NCBI GenBank assembly: GCA_903944345.1
Contig: CAJARJ010000012.1
Span: forward strand, 4,266 to 68,265
From: Candidatus Omnitrophota bacterium
Lineage (GTDB): Bacteria > Omnitrophota > Gorgyraeia > Zapsychrales > Fredricksoniimonadaceae
Direction of reading: 5' to 3'
DNA length: 64,000 nt
Of this stretch, positions 31,412 to 40,875 are shown in pieces. Numbering within the stretch: the first letter of the stretch is position 1; every line of letters begins with the position of its first letter. The notes beneath the pieces are model-generated. The model made no database searches. It was not told the origin of the DNA and was given only the letters and a program-made list of their open reading frames with translations. The position numbers and the translations under genes are program-made.

Positions 31412-31467
31412 TCATTCCTCCTACTCGGATTTTTTGGGGAAATGGTGATCTGCTGCAAGCAGAAAAT

Positions 31468-31938
31468 CTACCAGGCAATGATCTGCTTTTCCTGCATAGC
31501 CTTTTTCTCTGGGGCCGCAGGATGCTTGCTGATAGTGACCCCCTCAGCAAACATATCTCTGGGCACAGCATCCTGGGCCTGTCTTGAAATACCAGAAGTA
31601 GCAGAAGCCTTTGCTCGTGACGAAGCCACCTCCGCCGTATTTATACCTGAAGCCGCAATTTCTTGAGAAGGCCTGGCAACAGGGTCTGGCTTGGTAATGG
31701 TGATCCCGGGCGCAGGAGAAACCGGAGCCGGATGCAACAAAGCTGGTTGTCCAGCATCCGACCTTTTTAAAGGCACCGACTGTTTATCGACTATGACCGC
31801 CGAATCAGGCATCAGTTCATGAGAGCCGGCTGGCAAAGACTCAACCTCGACTTTCTTGAAAGCGAAGTTGGTCAAGAAAGGAAGCAGTAAAGCAAAAACA
31901 AATAAAACAATAAGATATAACGGTTTCGGCCTGAACAC
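31468..31938 (-). CDS. Hypothetical membrane-anchored Pro/Ala-rich protein, last gene of the pilin-type cluster
   Basis: 156 aa with an N-terminal TM helix and a low-complexity periplasmic part. It directly follows the pilX-like gene with no gap. Confidence 0.45.
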   Translation of the reverse strand: MFRPKPLYLIVLFVFALLLPFLTNFAFKKVEVESLPAGSHELMPDSAVIVDKQSVPLKRSDAGQPALLHPAPVSPAPGITITKPDPVARPSQEIAASGINTAEVASSRAKASATSGISRQAQDAVPRDMFAEGVTISKHPAAPEKKAMQEKQIIAW

Positions 31939-33267
31939 TTAAATTTCCTCCCAGGAAAGCGTAATGTAGTCTCCAGTCGTCGGCATATATGGCGGTGGGG
32001 CACCAAGAAGCCGTGCGTCATAACCGTAATCCTTGGAATAACCCGTTGCTTTTGTTCCGGTACGACTGTCAAAAGTACCAACTGGTCCGCGTTCTTTCTG
32101 AATAATGCCTCCATAAACAGTCAAAGTCCCACGGGGAGATCCAAGCCAGTAATTTTCAAGGAGGAACGAGTCTCCCATAGACATAATACAGGAATTGATT
32201 TCCATATTTGTCGGAGCCGCATCGTCAATAACAACATCTCTTTCGGCAATAATTCCCAAAGTATCATCTGAAGCAGGATCCGTTCTGGGATCGTCTGCAT
32301 ATACCACACTGCTGGGAATAACCACGTCTTTCTGGGCTCCGACCGTAAGACGGCCATTAAGGGTTCCGGATATCGTTAAACTCCCCCCGTTACGGCAATT
32401 ACTCCCGTCGCAGACAACAAAAAGAGCACCATTGGCAGGAATAGGCATGTTCCTGTTTGTCCATCTGTTATAACTATTGGTGACATTCATTGTTCCGTTG
32501 GAGTTAAGCACAATGGTCGTATTCCCCCGCAAGGAAAGCCCTCCGCTGGAAGCAGCAGAACGCAGTCCCAAAGCCTGTGACGGCATCGTAGTGACTTCCG
32601 CGCCAAAAGTAAAGCCTTGCTGGAAATCCGGCTCGTCATTCGGGGCATTGGTAGTCTGTTGAAGATTGACTGCGGAGCCATTATTATAAAACTTGATGTA
32701 CGTATCAACCGACTGCGCCTGACTTTCAAAAACCGGATCCTGATTGATATTGAAATGCCCATTGGTGTGTGTCGGACCGTTAAGACGGTCGCCGGCGGTA
32801 AACCAGACATTCGTTCCTTCAAACAGTTCCTGATCGGTAAACCACAAATAACGGGCATAATTGTCAACCTGCAGATATTTGACGAGCACCCGGGAGGAAC
32901 CAGAATGTGTCCCGGTGGCAGTGACTTTATATCTGCGGATATTCCCGGTTGCTCCCACAAGACCAAGATCAGTGATTGTGGCACTATAAGTCCCGCCTCC
33001 CAGCGCCTGCGTTCCTCCCCATGGATTGGTATAATTTCCAGTTGGAGGTGCGGACTGAGCCCGCAACCAGACAACTGCTCGGGCAAGCCCGGATTCCGCC
33101 AAACTAAACGACTTGGCTCGTTGCGCGGAACTCATGGCCAAAAGATTCTGACTCACACCGGTGGCCAGAAAAGCCGCCCCGTAAACCACCAGAAGACTGG
33201 TGATAATCAGACTAAACGCCAGGGCGATTCCTCTGTTATTCCTAAGCCGGTGCTCAATACATCGCAT
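31939..33267 (-). CDS. pilX: PilX-like type IV pilus minor pilin/assembly protein (PilX_N domain)
   Basis: The N terminus MRCIEHRLRNNRGIALAFSLIITSLLVVYGAAFLATGVSQ matches the PilX N-terminal hydrophobic segment. 442 aa with a Gly/Thr/Asn-rich body. Confidence 0.65.
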   Translation of the reverse strand: MRCIEHRLRNNRGIALAFSLIITSLLVVYGAAFLATGVSQNLLAMSSAQRAKSFSLAESGLARAVVWLRAQSAPPTGNYTNPWGGTQALGGGTYSATITDLGLVGATGNIRRYKVTATGTHSGSSRVLVKYLQVDNYARYLWFTDQELFEGTNVWFTAGDRLNGPTHTNGHFNINQDPVFESQAQSVDTYIKFYNNGSAVNLQQTTNAPNDEPDFQQGFTFGAEVTTMPSQALGLRSAASSGGLSLRGNTTIVLNSNGTMNVTNSYNRWTNRNMPIPANGALFVVCDGSNCRNGGSLTISGTLNGRLTVGAQKDVVIPSSVVYADDPRTDPASDDTLGIIAERDVVIDDAAPTNMEINSCIMSMGDSFLLENYWLGSPRGTLTVYGGIIQKERGPVGTFDSRTGTKATGYSKDYGYDARLLGAPPPYMPTTGDYITLSWEEI

Positions 33268-33269
33268 AA

Positions 33270-33788
33270 CTAGTTCCTCATCCTTACCTTAAGCTGCGAA
33301 GAATCCTGCATGGTTCGGCCCGCATCGGAAATCTTGCTGGCTGTAATATCAATCTGCAAAATGTCGGCCGGGGAATTTGACCGGGTAAATTGCAGGCTCG
33401 AGATGTTTCGAGCCACAACCGAGGTTGTGCCGGCAAAAGTTCTGGTGATCTGACCTGAACCGTCGAGAGCATACACAATATCAGCAGACCACTCGATGTA
33501 ACCTGAAGCATCTAGAATAGTGCCATCATTATTGGTATCCTGAGGAATACGAAAGGTCAACGAATTCGAAGAGGCTCCGCTGCCGAGACTGATCTGGGCC
33601 GGGCGGGTCTTTTTAAGATCCAGTTCCATCCTGGAAAATGATCTGACCAGCTCCTGGCGCAACTGCACAGACACATCACTGGTCAGCCAGTTCTTGGCTC
33701 CGATATCCATAATCTGGAACGATCCAAGCATGAGGATAACCAGAATGGACAAGGAAAGCAGAAGTTCTACCAGCGTCATACCCTTCAT
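33270..33788 (-). CDS. Prepilin-type N-terminal cleavage/methylation domain protein (minor pilin or pseudopilin)
   Basis: MKG|MTLVELLLSLSILVILMLG is the class III signal and methylation motif. 172 aa. Confidence 0.7.
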   Translation of the reverse strand: MKGMTLVELLLSLSILVILMLGSFQIMDIGAKNWLTSDVSVQLRQELVRSFSRMELDLKKTRPAQISLGSGASSNSLTFRIPQDTNNDGTILDASGYIEWSADIVYALDGSGQITRTFAGTTSVVARNISSLQFTRSNSPADILQIDITASKISDAGRTMQDSSQLKVRMRN

Positions 33789-33791
33789 GTG

Positions 33792-34310
33792 TCATCCATT
33801 CGAAATCAGGGTTACAAGTTTTACCGGTGACTCAAGAATTCCGTCTGCATCAGCACGTTCTCCGGTATCCAGCCGGCCATTAAGATTGGTATCCCCGCCA
33901 ATAATTCTGTTCCCCTGCCGCCAGCTGAGAGTAATGGTGACCTTGACCAGCTCGGAATTGCTGTCATCTACAAACACCGCACCCCGGCTTTCAGGAATAT
34001 CGTTGAGAACAAAAGTTACCTGATCGTAGTTATCGACAAGATTGACAAATGAACTGGCCCGAATCTCTTCCATAAAAGAAGCAGCGGCATTGGCGGCTGT
34101 ATTGGTATTTCGGGCAATACTTATCAAGGCGGCACAGGAAATAAAGGCCCCGACAATAGCACAAAGGACGCCAGCCAGAATAGCAGTAGCTACAAGCACC
34201 TCGACAAGAGTGATTCCGCGACATGATGCTCGGCAAGATTTCTGAAAGAAGAAAAGGATGCTCACGGGGCCTCCATCGCACGAAGTCAGGAAAGTCGTAC
34301 GCGTGCACAA
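33792..34310 (-). CDS. Prepilin-type minor pilin or pseudopilin with an unusually long leader
   Basis: RG|ITLVEVLVATAILAGVL is the prepilin motif, preceded by a 32-aa leader if the ATG at 34310 is used. No closer in-frame ATG, GTG or TTG is present. Confidence 0.6.
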   Translation of the reverse strand: MCTRTTFLTSCDGGPVSILFFFQKSCRASCRGITLVEVLVATAILAGVLCAIVGAFISCAALISIARNTNTAANAAASFMEEIRASSFVNLVDNYDQVTFVLNDIPESRGAVFVDDSNSELVKVTITLSWRQGNRIIGGDTNLNGRLDTGERADADGILESPVKLVTLISNG

Positions 34311-34526
34311 GGATCCCGGCCCTGATTGCCTGACCCCTGCTACAAGTCTAGCTTCCGTTGCAAGGTAAAATCAAGGCTATTCTCATAAACTCGAATGGCG
34401 CCATAGCCGCTCAATAACCACGAAGCCGCTTGTACCAATAGATGGGCTTGAATTCAACTCAGCATACAACAATGTTAACGTCGAGGAAAGGTGTGATTCA
34501 GGCAGGATTTAACTCTCCCTGCACCT

Positions 34527-37349
34527 TTACAGGCCCAAGAACACAAACAATGTTGTATCGGCCGGGCGGATATCAATTATGAAGGGAGCAAGCCCTGCAG
34601 CGAAACGGATTGCCTGGGCTTTCACGGGATCAAACACGATACTATTGCCAACTTCTTGAGTCAGAATCTGCAAACCTGATCTGTCAGGGGCAAGATCAAT
34701 GCCGCCTTTCTGATCCGGAGAAATCTTGGACTCCTCGTGGAGATGCACTCCGGAATCATCCACACTTATCCATGTATAAGTCTGCTCTCCCGGAGTATCG
34801 TGGCGACCCCATTCATTGCAGTTTGACCATGTGCCGGAGTTGACATACTGCCAGGCAGTCTCCCCCTCAAGAAGCATCCCCAGAAAACCCTCCCCCGGCT
34901 TCTGGGGTTCATGAGTATGGCCATAAACAATATAACGCTTCCATTGCTCAACAGGAATGTCCTTAAACAAATCCGGGTAAAGATACGGCAGAAGCTCGTC
35001 CCATAACTCGCCCAACTGTCTGATCCTTTTCTTCTGGGCACTAACCAGAAACAGCTGGAACCCGGAAACATTCTTTATCATAAAGGTCATAAAAGGGAAA
35101 AACATATCATTCTCGACAAACTGATTTAGAGTCCCCCAATGACGGTTTGACAACGCACTCATGAAGTTATCAAGGACACTTCCCCCTGCCTGTTTATTAT
35201 TAAACTTGTCGGGAACATGTCCGTGTTCAAAGTGCAGGATCTGACCTGCGGCAGGACGGACAATAACCACATACCGGCTGATAATCATTCTGTCTTTCCG
35301 GTCTTTATTCACCACTTCAAGAAGTTTATGTCCGATATCATCATTGAGGTCCGCTATCATTTTCTGTACATACAACACAGCCTTCGCCAGGGGCATCGAA
35401 AGGACAGAGTCGTCAAACCAGACATATCCTTCTTTGTCCATAACCGGGCCATAAGGCAGCTTCGCCCGGGTAAGCCTGGCAATATCTTTGGCCTTGGCCG
35501 CCCGGATAATGTTCTGAAGTTGTTGCGTGCGGGCAAAATCGGTAATCTCCAGATTTTGAGCCATCTTGGCCAGATGACGCCTCTTTTTTGCGAGACGTTC
35601 CTTGAGGATAACATCATCGTGATTACCTGCAACATAAAACACCTTGTCACAACGGGCTAAAGCTTCAAAGAAAACCTGATAGGACTGATAGACATCGCCG
35701 TAGCGATTCTTCTGAAGCTCGAGGATATCGCCATTGAGCACAACCACCTGTTTCTCTTCTGCCGCAATGCGCAACAGGTCAAGCAATTCCGGTAAACGCC
35801 CGGCAAAAGCGTCATGCGAATCTCCTGCCCCCAGGTGAATATCAGAAAGATTCAGAACCTCCTGATCGGTTCTGTAAATAAAGGTTCTTTGCTTTTTGCT
35901 CCAGCGCTTTACCTCCTCAAGCAAGGCCTCCGCCCGCTTGGCAAGCCTGGGATGCCGCTTCATTCGTTTGCCGAAAAAAGCATCCACTTTCCCGTTATGA
36001 ATGGAGAACAATATGGACTCCTTCTTATACTTCTCCTGCCAGAACCAGCCACCCGCAATCGCCTGCTGAATAAAACGTACGACTTGCTTCTTCTTGTCAC
36101 CGGTAACCCCCAGCCACTGGTCTTGCGATCCGTTATGAAAAAGCATCAAAGGGTTCTTTTCGGCAACCTTGCGCCAGGCTCTGGCTGGCGAAGAAGATAG
36201 TGCCTCGTCTGGCTCTGCCGACTGCGAAAAATCAGCCCTGTCGTCCGGAACAATTTGCATGGCCGTGCGAATGATCATGGTTCGCCCGGAAAACCCGGGA
36301 AGGGATACATCCTCGGAAAAAGGGCGAATATCCATAGCGGCGTCCACTCCCAGATCAAATCCTCCGGAAAAATATTTTCTCGGCAGTGGCTGACCGCCAG
36401 AAGAATCCGGATCTTCTGCAATATGCGTATAGGCACCCGTATTAAATCCCTGAGCATACCGCTTCCATATGTCATGCGGTTCTTGCGGATTGGCAATACT
36501 TACTCCGGCAGTTTTGGCGCGATCTGCATACTCCTGTGACAACACAGACTGCTTCATTTTGATCTTGTACCAGGCGGCAAGAATCAGGGAATGATACACC
36601 TGACGTAATTGGGCAAAATAGCTGCCTTCATTAACCTCTTTTTCTATAACCGGGATAACGACCTCGCGTAAAACAGAAACAGCCATAGAGGAAATTTCAG
36701 AAGTGGTATCAACGCTCGCAGCGTTATAATCCCTGTCAAGGATCACTTCAAGCCGGGCTTCGGCCACATACGCCGCTCCGGCATTTTCATAGACCACAGC
36801 TTTGCGGGGAACAATCCAGACCTTATTGATCAGCTCTAATGGAATATCGGTGGTGCCGTACTTTTGCTGTGCCAAAGCATATATCTTTTGCCAGAACTTC
36901 TCACCAGTCTTGTCTTGCGGGAACAACAAGGCCGTCGTTAACTGTTTAAGCAGATAATCCTGGGCCAGAAGATCGCGTCCCATCTCCGTCAGGCCGAAAG
37001 TTGGAGGAATAACACGATTTTCTTCGTACGGGCTCAGGTTAACCCACAGATCATGCTCGGGAATGGTCAAAGCGGCCAAAAAGTACTTAAGCAAACGGGT
37101 GGAGTCAACCCTGATATCATTAAATGAAATATTGGCATCCCCTTTATCAAGAATGAAATCAAACCTTAAGGGTTCATCCGGATAAATTTTTATGCCTTGA
37201 AGAAGGGGGGGATTAAGTGCCTGGCTTGGGGCCGACACCTGGCCGGGAAAAAGGTCGACTCCTGCCTCAAGAGGAGACAAGTTAACAGACACAAATACCA
37301 ACAAAATGATAAAAGTTAAGAACTTCATCACAAAAACCGGGAATGCCAA
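34527..37349 (-). CDS. Large secreted protein, paralog 1: novel conserved N-terminal domain, calcineurin-like metallophosphoesterase module and conserved C-terminal tail
   Basis: 940 aa with a signal peptide MKFLTFIILLVFVSVNLSPLEA. The N-domain motifs LRFDFILDKGD, WVNLSPYE, TEMGRDLLAQDY, GTTDIP, LAAWYK and RKYFSGGFD are shared with the 851-aa and frameshifted paralogs. The metallophosphoesterase motifs are SDIHLG, NGDILE, GNHD, HFEHGH and GHTHEP. The tail is GGIDL...AGLAPFIIDIRP. Confidence 0.8.
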   Translation of the reverse strand: MAFPVFVMKFLTFIILLVFVSVNLSPLEAGVDLFPGQVSAPSQALNPPLLQGIKIYPDEPLRFDFILDKGDANISFNDIRVDSTRLLKYFLAALTIPEHDLWVNLSPYEENRVIPPTFGLTEMGRDLLAQDYLLKQLTTALLFPQDKTGEKFWQKIYALAQQKYGTTDIPLELINKVWIVPRKAVVYENAGAAYVAEARLEVILDRDYNAASVDTTSEISSMAVSVLREVVIPVIEKEVNEGSYFAQLRQVYHSLILAAWYKIKMKQSVLSQEYADRAKTAGVSIANPQEPHDIWKRYAQGFNTGAYTHIAEDPDSSGGQPLPRKYFSGGFDLGVDAAMDIRPFSEDVSLPGFSGRTMIIRTAMQIVPDDRADFSQSAEPDEALSSSPARAWRKVAEKNPLMLFHNGSQDQWLGVTGDKKKQVVRFIQQAIAGGWFWQEKYKKESILFSIHNGKVDAFFGKRMKRHPRLAKRAEALLEEVKRWSKKQRTFIYRTDQEVLNLSDIHLGAGDSHDAFAGRLPELLDLLRIAAEEKQVVVLNGDILELQKNRYGDVYQSYQVFFEALARCDKVFYVAGNHDDVILKERLAKKRRHLAKMAQNLEITDFARTQQLQNIIRAAKAKDIARLTRAKLPYGPVMDKEGYVWFDDSVLSMPLAKAVLYVQKMIADLNDDIGHKLLEVVNKDRKDRMIISRYVVIVRPAAGQILHFEHGHVPDKFNNKQAGGSVLDNFMSALSNRHWGTLNQFVENDMFFPFMTFMIKNVSGFQLFLVSAQKKRIRQLGELWDELLPYLYPDLFKDIPVEQWKRYIVYGHTHEPQKPGEGFLGMLLEGETAWQYVNSGTWSNCNEWGRHDTPGEQTYTWISVDDSGVHLHEESKISPDQKGGIDLAPDRSGLQILTQEVGNSIVFDPVKAQAIRFAAGLAPFIIDIRPADTTLFVFLGL

Positions 37350-37370
37350 ATTAAATAAAACTTACTACCT

Positions 37371-39926
37371 CTATTGGAAGATGGAAACAGCCGGATCAAC
37401 TATCCGGTCGATCCCGATAATCCGCGGTGAAAGTCCTGCTCTTACGGCCGGCAGAGTGGCTGAATCGATATTAAAATGAATCGGTCCACCATCATTAGCG
37501 ATATCCAGCTTCATATTGCGAGTGGACATATCAATACCACCCACCGGCTCAACCGCCTGACTCGCATCGGCTATTCTTTTATGCAAAACATCCTGACTCC
37601 AGTGATCCTTACTGTCTTTCACTGACCGATAATCGTTAGCGATGGCCTCAAGAGACTCTGCAATCGTTCTGTCCCACCCACCCCATGTGCCCGCAAACTC
37701 TGGAATCAATCCCCTTGAATATTTCAACGCCAGATCATACGGATTGGAATTTGCGTATTCAACAAGATCCGCATCGACAATCAAAACTTCCGGAGTCCCG
37801 TCCTGGGCGGACTGAAGAATAAAATTCGCAGCTCGGGGGTCATTTATCAGGATTCCTCTGCCTACAAGTGTACGGAACAGACGGATAAGAGCCTTGATAA
37901 TGTCCTCGTTCATTGTACCGGCGGCAATCACCTTATCCAGAGAGTCACCTGACATCCATTCCACAGCCAGAAGTTCTCTGCCATTGGTAGCCTTGATCAC
38001 TGCAACCCATGCCGGACCAACTCCCTCTTGTTCGACTATTCTGAAACCGTCTTTAATCTCCTTAAGAACAGTATCCATCCTGATCGGCGCCCGAATAGCC
38101 ATATGCTGGTTTTTATAGACATCATGGTTACCGCCAGATCCGACATATTCCTGCTGAACCCCTTTCATAATCAAGGTTTTTTCTCTTCCCTCAACCTGAA
38201 CGGGTTTCGACCGGCCCAGATGAATCAGCTGGGAGAACCGCTTGAGAGAAAAATTCATTAAAACACGCTGAAGCTGTCGTTCTAAAGAGGAATCATCTAT
38301 CTCCAGCACAACCTGATGAACACCAGGCCCCAGAGCAGGCAAAACCAGGTCATTAAGAAGAAGATAGTTCATCGGTTGTTGCCAATATTGACGCCAGAGT
38401 TCTTTATTGGTTATCTTCCTGATAATGATCATTTTCTCACCATACTGCCCGGCATACACGTCTTCGTTATCAGAAGACTTCAATAATCTGGTCTTCTCGA
38501 CATTATCTGTCACAAAACCACGTAAAAAACGCCGCCTTGTATTCTCAAGATCTTCATTAAAAGCAGCCACAGATGTCCCGAGCGAATCAAAAAAAGTCGC
38601 CATGCCCGGACTAGTGCGCTGATAAAGAAAGGTTTTAACAACTACCTGGCTTAACCTGAGAATATAATCCGGGGTAGCCTCTCTCCTTGAAATATCCGGT
38701 TTCTGCGCCATATCTGTCGATATATCCGAACGGCTGTCCTGAGGCTCTACCAAAACTCCTACTCTTATCAACCCTTGCGGATTATTAGCAAAAAGATTGC
38801 TGGAAATCTCCTGTAGGGATGCACGTTCCATCGCTTTATCGAAGTCCGGCGCAAACCCGCCCGAGAAATATTTGCGCAATAGCGGGTCACCCGAAAAAGG
38901 ATCCGCCTCTTCTTTGATATAACTAAAAACACCCTGCCTGAAAGCGGCCATGTATTGCTGGTAAATTTCATTAAGTACTTTGGGATCTCTAAGATTAACT
39001 CCATCCGTCTTGCCTTTGTCAACGTACTGATCGTACAAGATACCTTCCTTGACCTTGCGCTTGTACCATGCCGCCAACGCCATGGAGTAATAAATCTTGC
39101 GCAACAAGGCGAAACTTTCACCATCATTGATTTCTTTCTCGATAACAGGAAGAATAATTTCACGCAACCCGGGTTGAACCTGATTTTCTTCGGCCTCGTT
39201 ATGGACACTATTGCCAGATTGCACCTTCTCCGCCAGATAATCGCGCTCCAGCGCGACTTTCATCCTGGCATTCGCCAGCATGGCTATATTTCCATTCTCA
39301 TAAAACGCCGCTTTGTCCGGGCTGATCCAGACTTTATTGAAAACATCAAACGGAATATCAGTAGTTCCAAAGGCTTCCTGCGCACGCCGATAAACGTCAG
39401 TCCAGAATTTCTTCCCCAACGGTGCCTCGGGGTATACAAGAGAAGCCATAATCTGTTTGAGCATATAATCCTGAGCCAACAGGTCACGCCCCATCTCGGT
39501 ACGGGCAAAATTTTCACTAACAATCCGCTTATCTTCATAAGGAGAAAGGTTGACCCACTGCTCCTCTTCCGGAACAGTCATTGCTGCCAGAAAATATTTA
39601 ACCAGTCTCTCGGATTCAGCGGTCAGCGCCTCACCGGAAAGCAGCTCGTCTCCCTGATCCATAAAGAAATTAAAACGAAAAGGATTATTGATGTCCACCT
39701 GAATGCCAACCAGGCAAGCGGGCTTGAACCCGTGGCTGACATCAACCATAGATCCCGGCAACGGCAAGGCTACGCCTTCAATGGCATATACCGGCAAAGA
39801 ATTGATGAATAACACCTGAACAATAATAATATGAAATAGAATGCGAAACATCAGTTTCTCCCAAACATTCAAACTTTCAGAATTATGAAACTTACCACCC
39901 GATAATAAATATAATATATATATCAA
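37371..39926 (-). CDS. Large secreted protein, paralog 2: same N-terminal domain and C-terminal tail, with a putative kinase-like internal module
   Basis: 851 aa with a signal peptide. The N-domain is FRFNFFMDQGD, WVNLSPYEDKR, TEMGRDLLAQDYMLKQ, GTTDIP, LAAWYKRK and RKYFSGGFA. The internal region has a Gly-rich loop VGSGGNHDVY, ILINDPRAANFIL and LIVDADLV, which suggests a kinase-like fold. The tail is GGIDM...AGLSPRIIGIDR. Confidence 0.8.
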   Translation of the reverse strand: MIYILYLLSGGKFHNSESLNVWEKLMFRILFHIIIVQVLFINSLPVYAIEGVALPLPGSMVDVSHGFKPACLVGIQVDINNPFRFNFFMDQGDELLSGEALTAESERLVKYFLAAMTVPEEEQWVNLSPYEDKRIVSENFARTEMGRDLLAQDYMLKQIMASLVYPEAPLGKKFWTDVYRRAQEAFGTTDIPFDVFNKVWISPDKAAFYENGNIAMLANARMKVALERDYLAEKVQSGNSVHNEAEENQVQPGLREIILPVIEKEINDGESFALLRKIYYSMALAAWYKRKVKEGILYDQYVDKGKTDGVNLRDPKVLNEIYQQYMAAFRQGVFSYIKEEADPFSGDPLLRKYFSGGFAPDFDKAMERASLQEISSNLFANNPQGLIRVGVLVEPQDSRSDISTDMAQKPDISRREATPDYILRLSQVVVKTFLYQRTSPGMATFFDSLGTSVAAFNEDLENTRRRFLRGFVTDNVEKTRLLKSSDNEDVYAGQYGEKMIIIRKITNKELWRQYWQQPMNYLLLNDLVLPALGPGVHQVVLEIDDSSLERQLQRVLMNFSLKRFSQLIHLGRSKPVQVEGREKTLIMKGVQQEYVGSGGNHDVYKNQHMAIRAPIRMDTVLKEIKDGFRIVEQEGVGPAWVAVIKATNGRELLAVEWMSGDSLDKVIAAGTMNEDIIKALIRLFRTLVGRGILINDPRAANFILQSAQDGTPEVLIVDADLVEYANSNPYDLALKYSRGLIPEFAGTWGGWDRTIAESLEAIANDYRSVKDSKDHWSQDVLHKRIADASQAVEPVGGIDMSTRNMKLDIANDGGPIHFNIDSATLPAVRAGLSPRIIGIDRIVDPAVSIFQ

Positions 39927-40015
39927 TAAAATGAAAGGGAAGCGAATAAAACACTTCGAGTGTCATAATATGGCATAATCATGAATGATATGCGCTTAGG
40001 CGTCATTAATCGGAT

Positions 40016-40834
40016 TTACGATTGGCTTCCGGAAACAAACCAGCGGATTAGATCGGCAGAAAGTGATCGTCTTTGCGGGACTTTCGGCAAGGCATTGGCT
40101 TTAAACCATCCGGCTTCAGCTATCTCGACATTGTCTATCCGGATGGAACCGCTGAGATAATCTGCCGTAAAACCAATCATAAGACTATCAGGAAAGGGCC
40201 ACGGTTCACTTTTGAAATAACGAATATTCGTGAGCGTAATCCCCACCTCTTCCATCACCTCACGTCGGACTGCCTCTTCCAGCGACTCGCCCGGTTCGAC
40301 AAAGCCGGCCAGAACACTGTACATTTCTTTATCAGAGAAATTATGTGCCCGTGCCAGAAGGATCTGATCCTCCTTGACCACAGCCACGATCACTGCAGGG
40401 GATATTCTTGGATAATTGACAGAATGACACTGTGGACATTGGCGAGCATGCTCATCGGACAAAAATATTGTAGGAGTGCCGCAGCGTCCACAGAAACGAA
40501 AATTGCTTTCCCAGGAGGCAAGCTGCCGTGCGTACCCGGCAACACACGAAAGTTCGGCATCACTCTCCAGGTACACGTCTCTCAGGGCAGACCATTCGTA
40601 ACCATCTAGAGGAATCTTCTGCGTTGCAGTCGCACAATAACAAGGCTTATTGTCCAGAAAACCGATAAAGTATGCATCGCTGAAACCGGAAGCCGCAGCC
40701 TGCTGCGGAGTGAGCAGAGGAAAGGTTTTGAGTTCTCCCTCAAGACGAACAAGAACCTCTGCTTCGACAAAGCAAAAATACCAAGCCTGGTCAAACAACT
40801 GATCCGGCTTTTGCGTTGACTTGAGAAAGCGCAT
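40016..40834 (-). CDS. nudC: NADH pyrophosphatase NudC (Nudix plus zinc ribbon)
   Basis: 272 aa with a zinc ribbon CGRCG...CPQC and the Nudix box GFVEPGESLEEAVRREVMEEVGI. Confidence 0.85.
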   Translation of the reverse strand: MRFLKSTQKPDQLFDQAWYFCFVEAEVLVRLEGELKTFPLLTPQQAAASGFSDAYFIGFLDNKPCYCATATQKIPLDGYEWSALRDVYLESDAELSCVAGYARQLASWESNFRFCGRCGTPTIFLSDEHARQCPQCHSVNYPRISPAVIVAVVKEDQILLARAHNFSDKEMYSVLAGFVEPGESLEEAVRREVMEEVGITLTNIRYFKSEPWPFPDSLMIGFTADYLSGSIRIDNVEIAEAGWFKANALPKVPQRRSLSADLIRWFVSGSQS

Positions 40835-40875
40835 TTATTAAGTGTCCTCCTCTGTACGCACAAGGCAAGGAATGA

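Noticed and set aside
32617-33273. 218-aa plus-strand ORF
   Set aside because: It is antisense to the PilX-like gene with no signature.
38955-39812. 285-aa plus-strand ORF
   Set aside because: It is antisense to secreted paralog 2 and has His/Arg-rich low-complexity composition.
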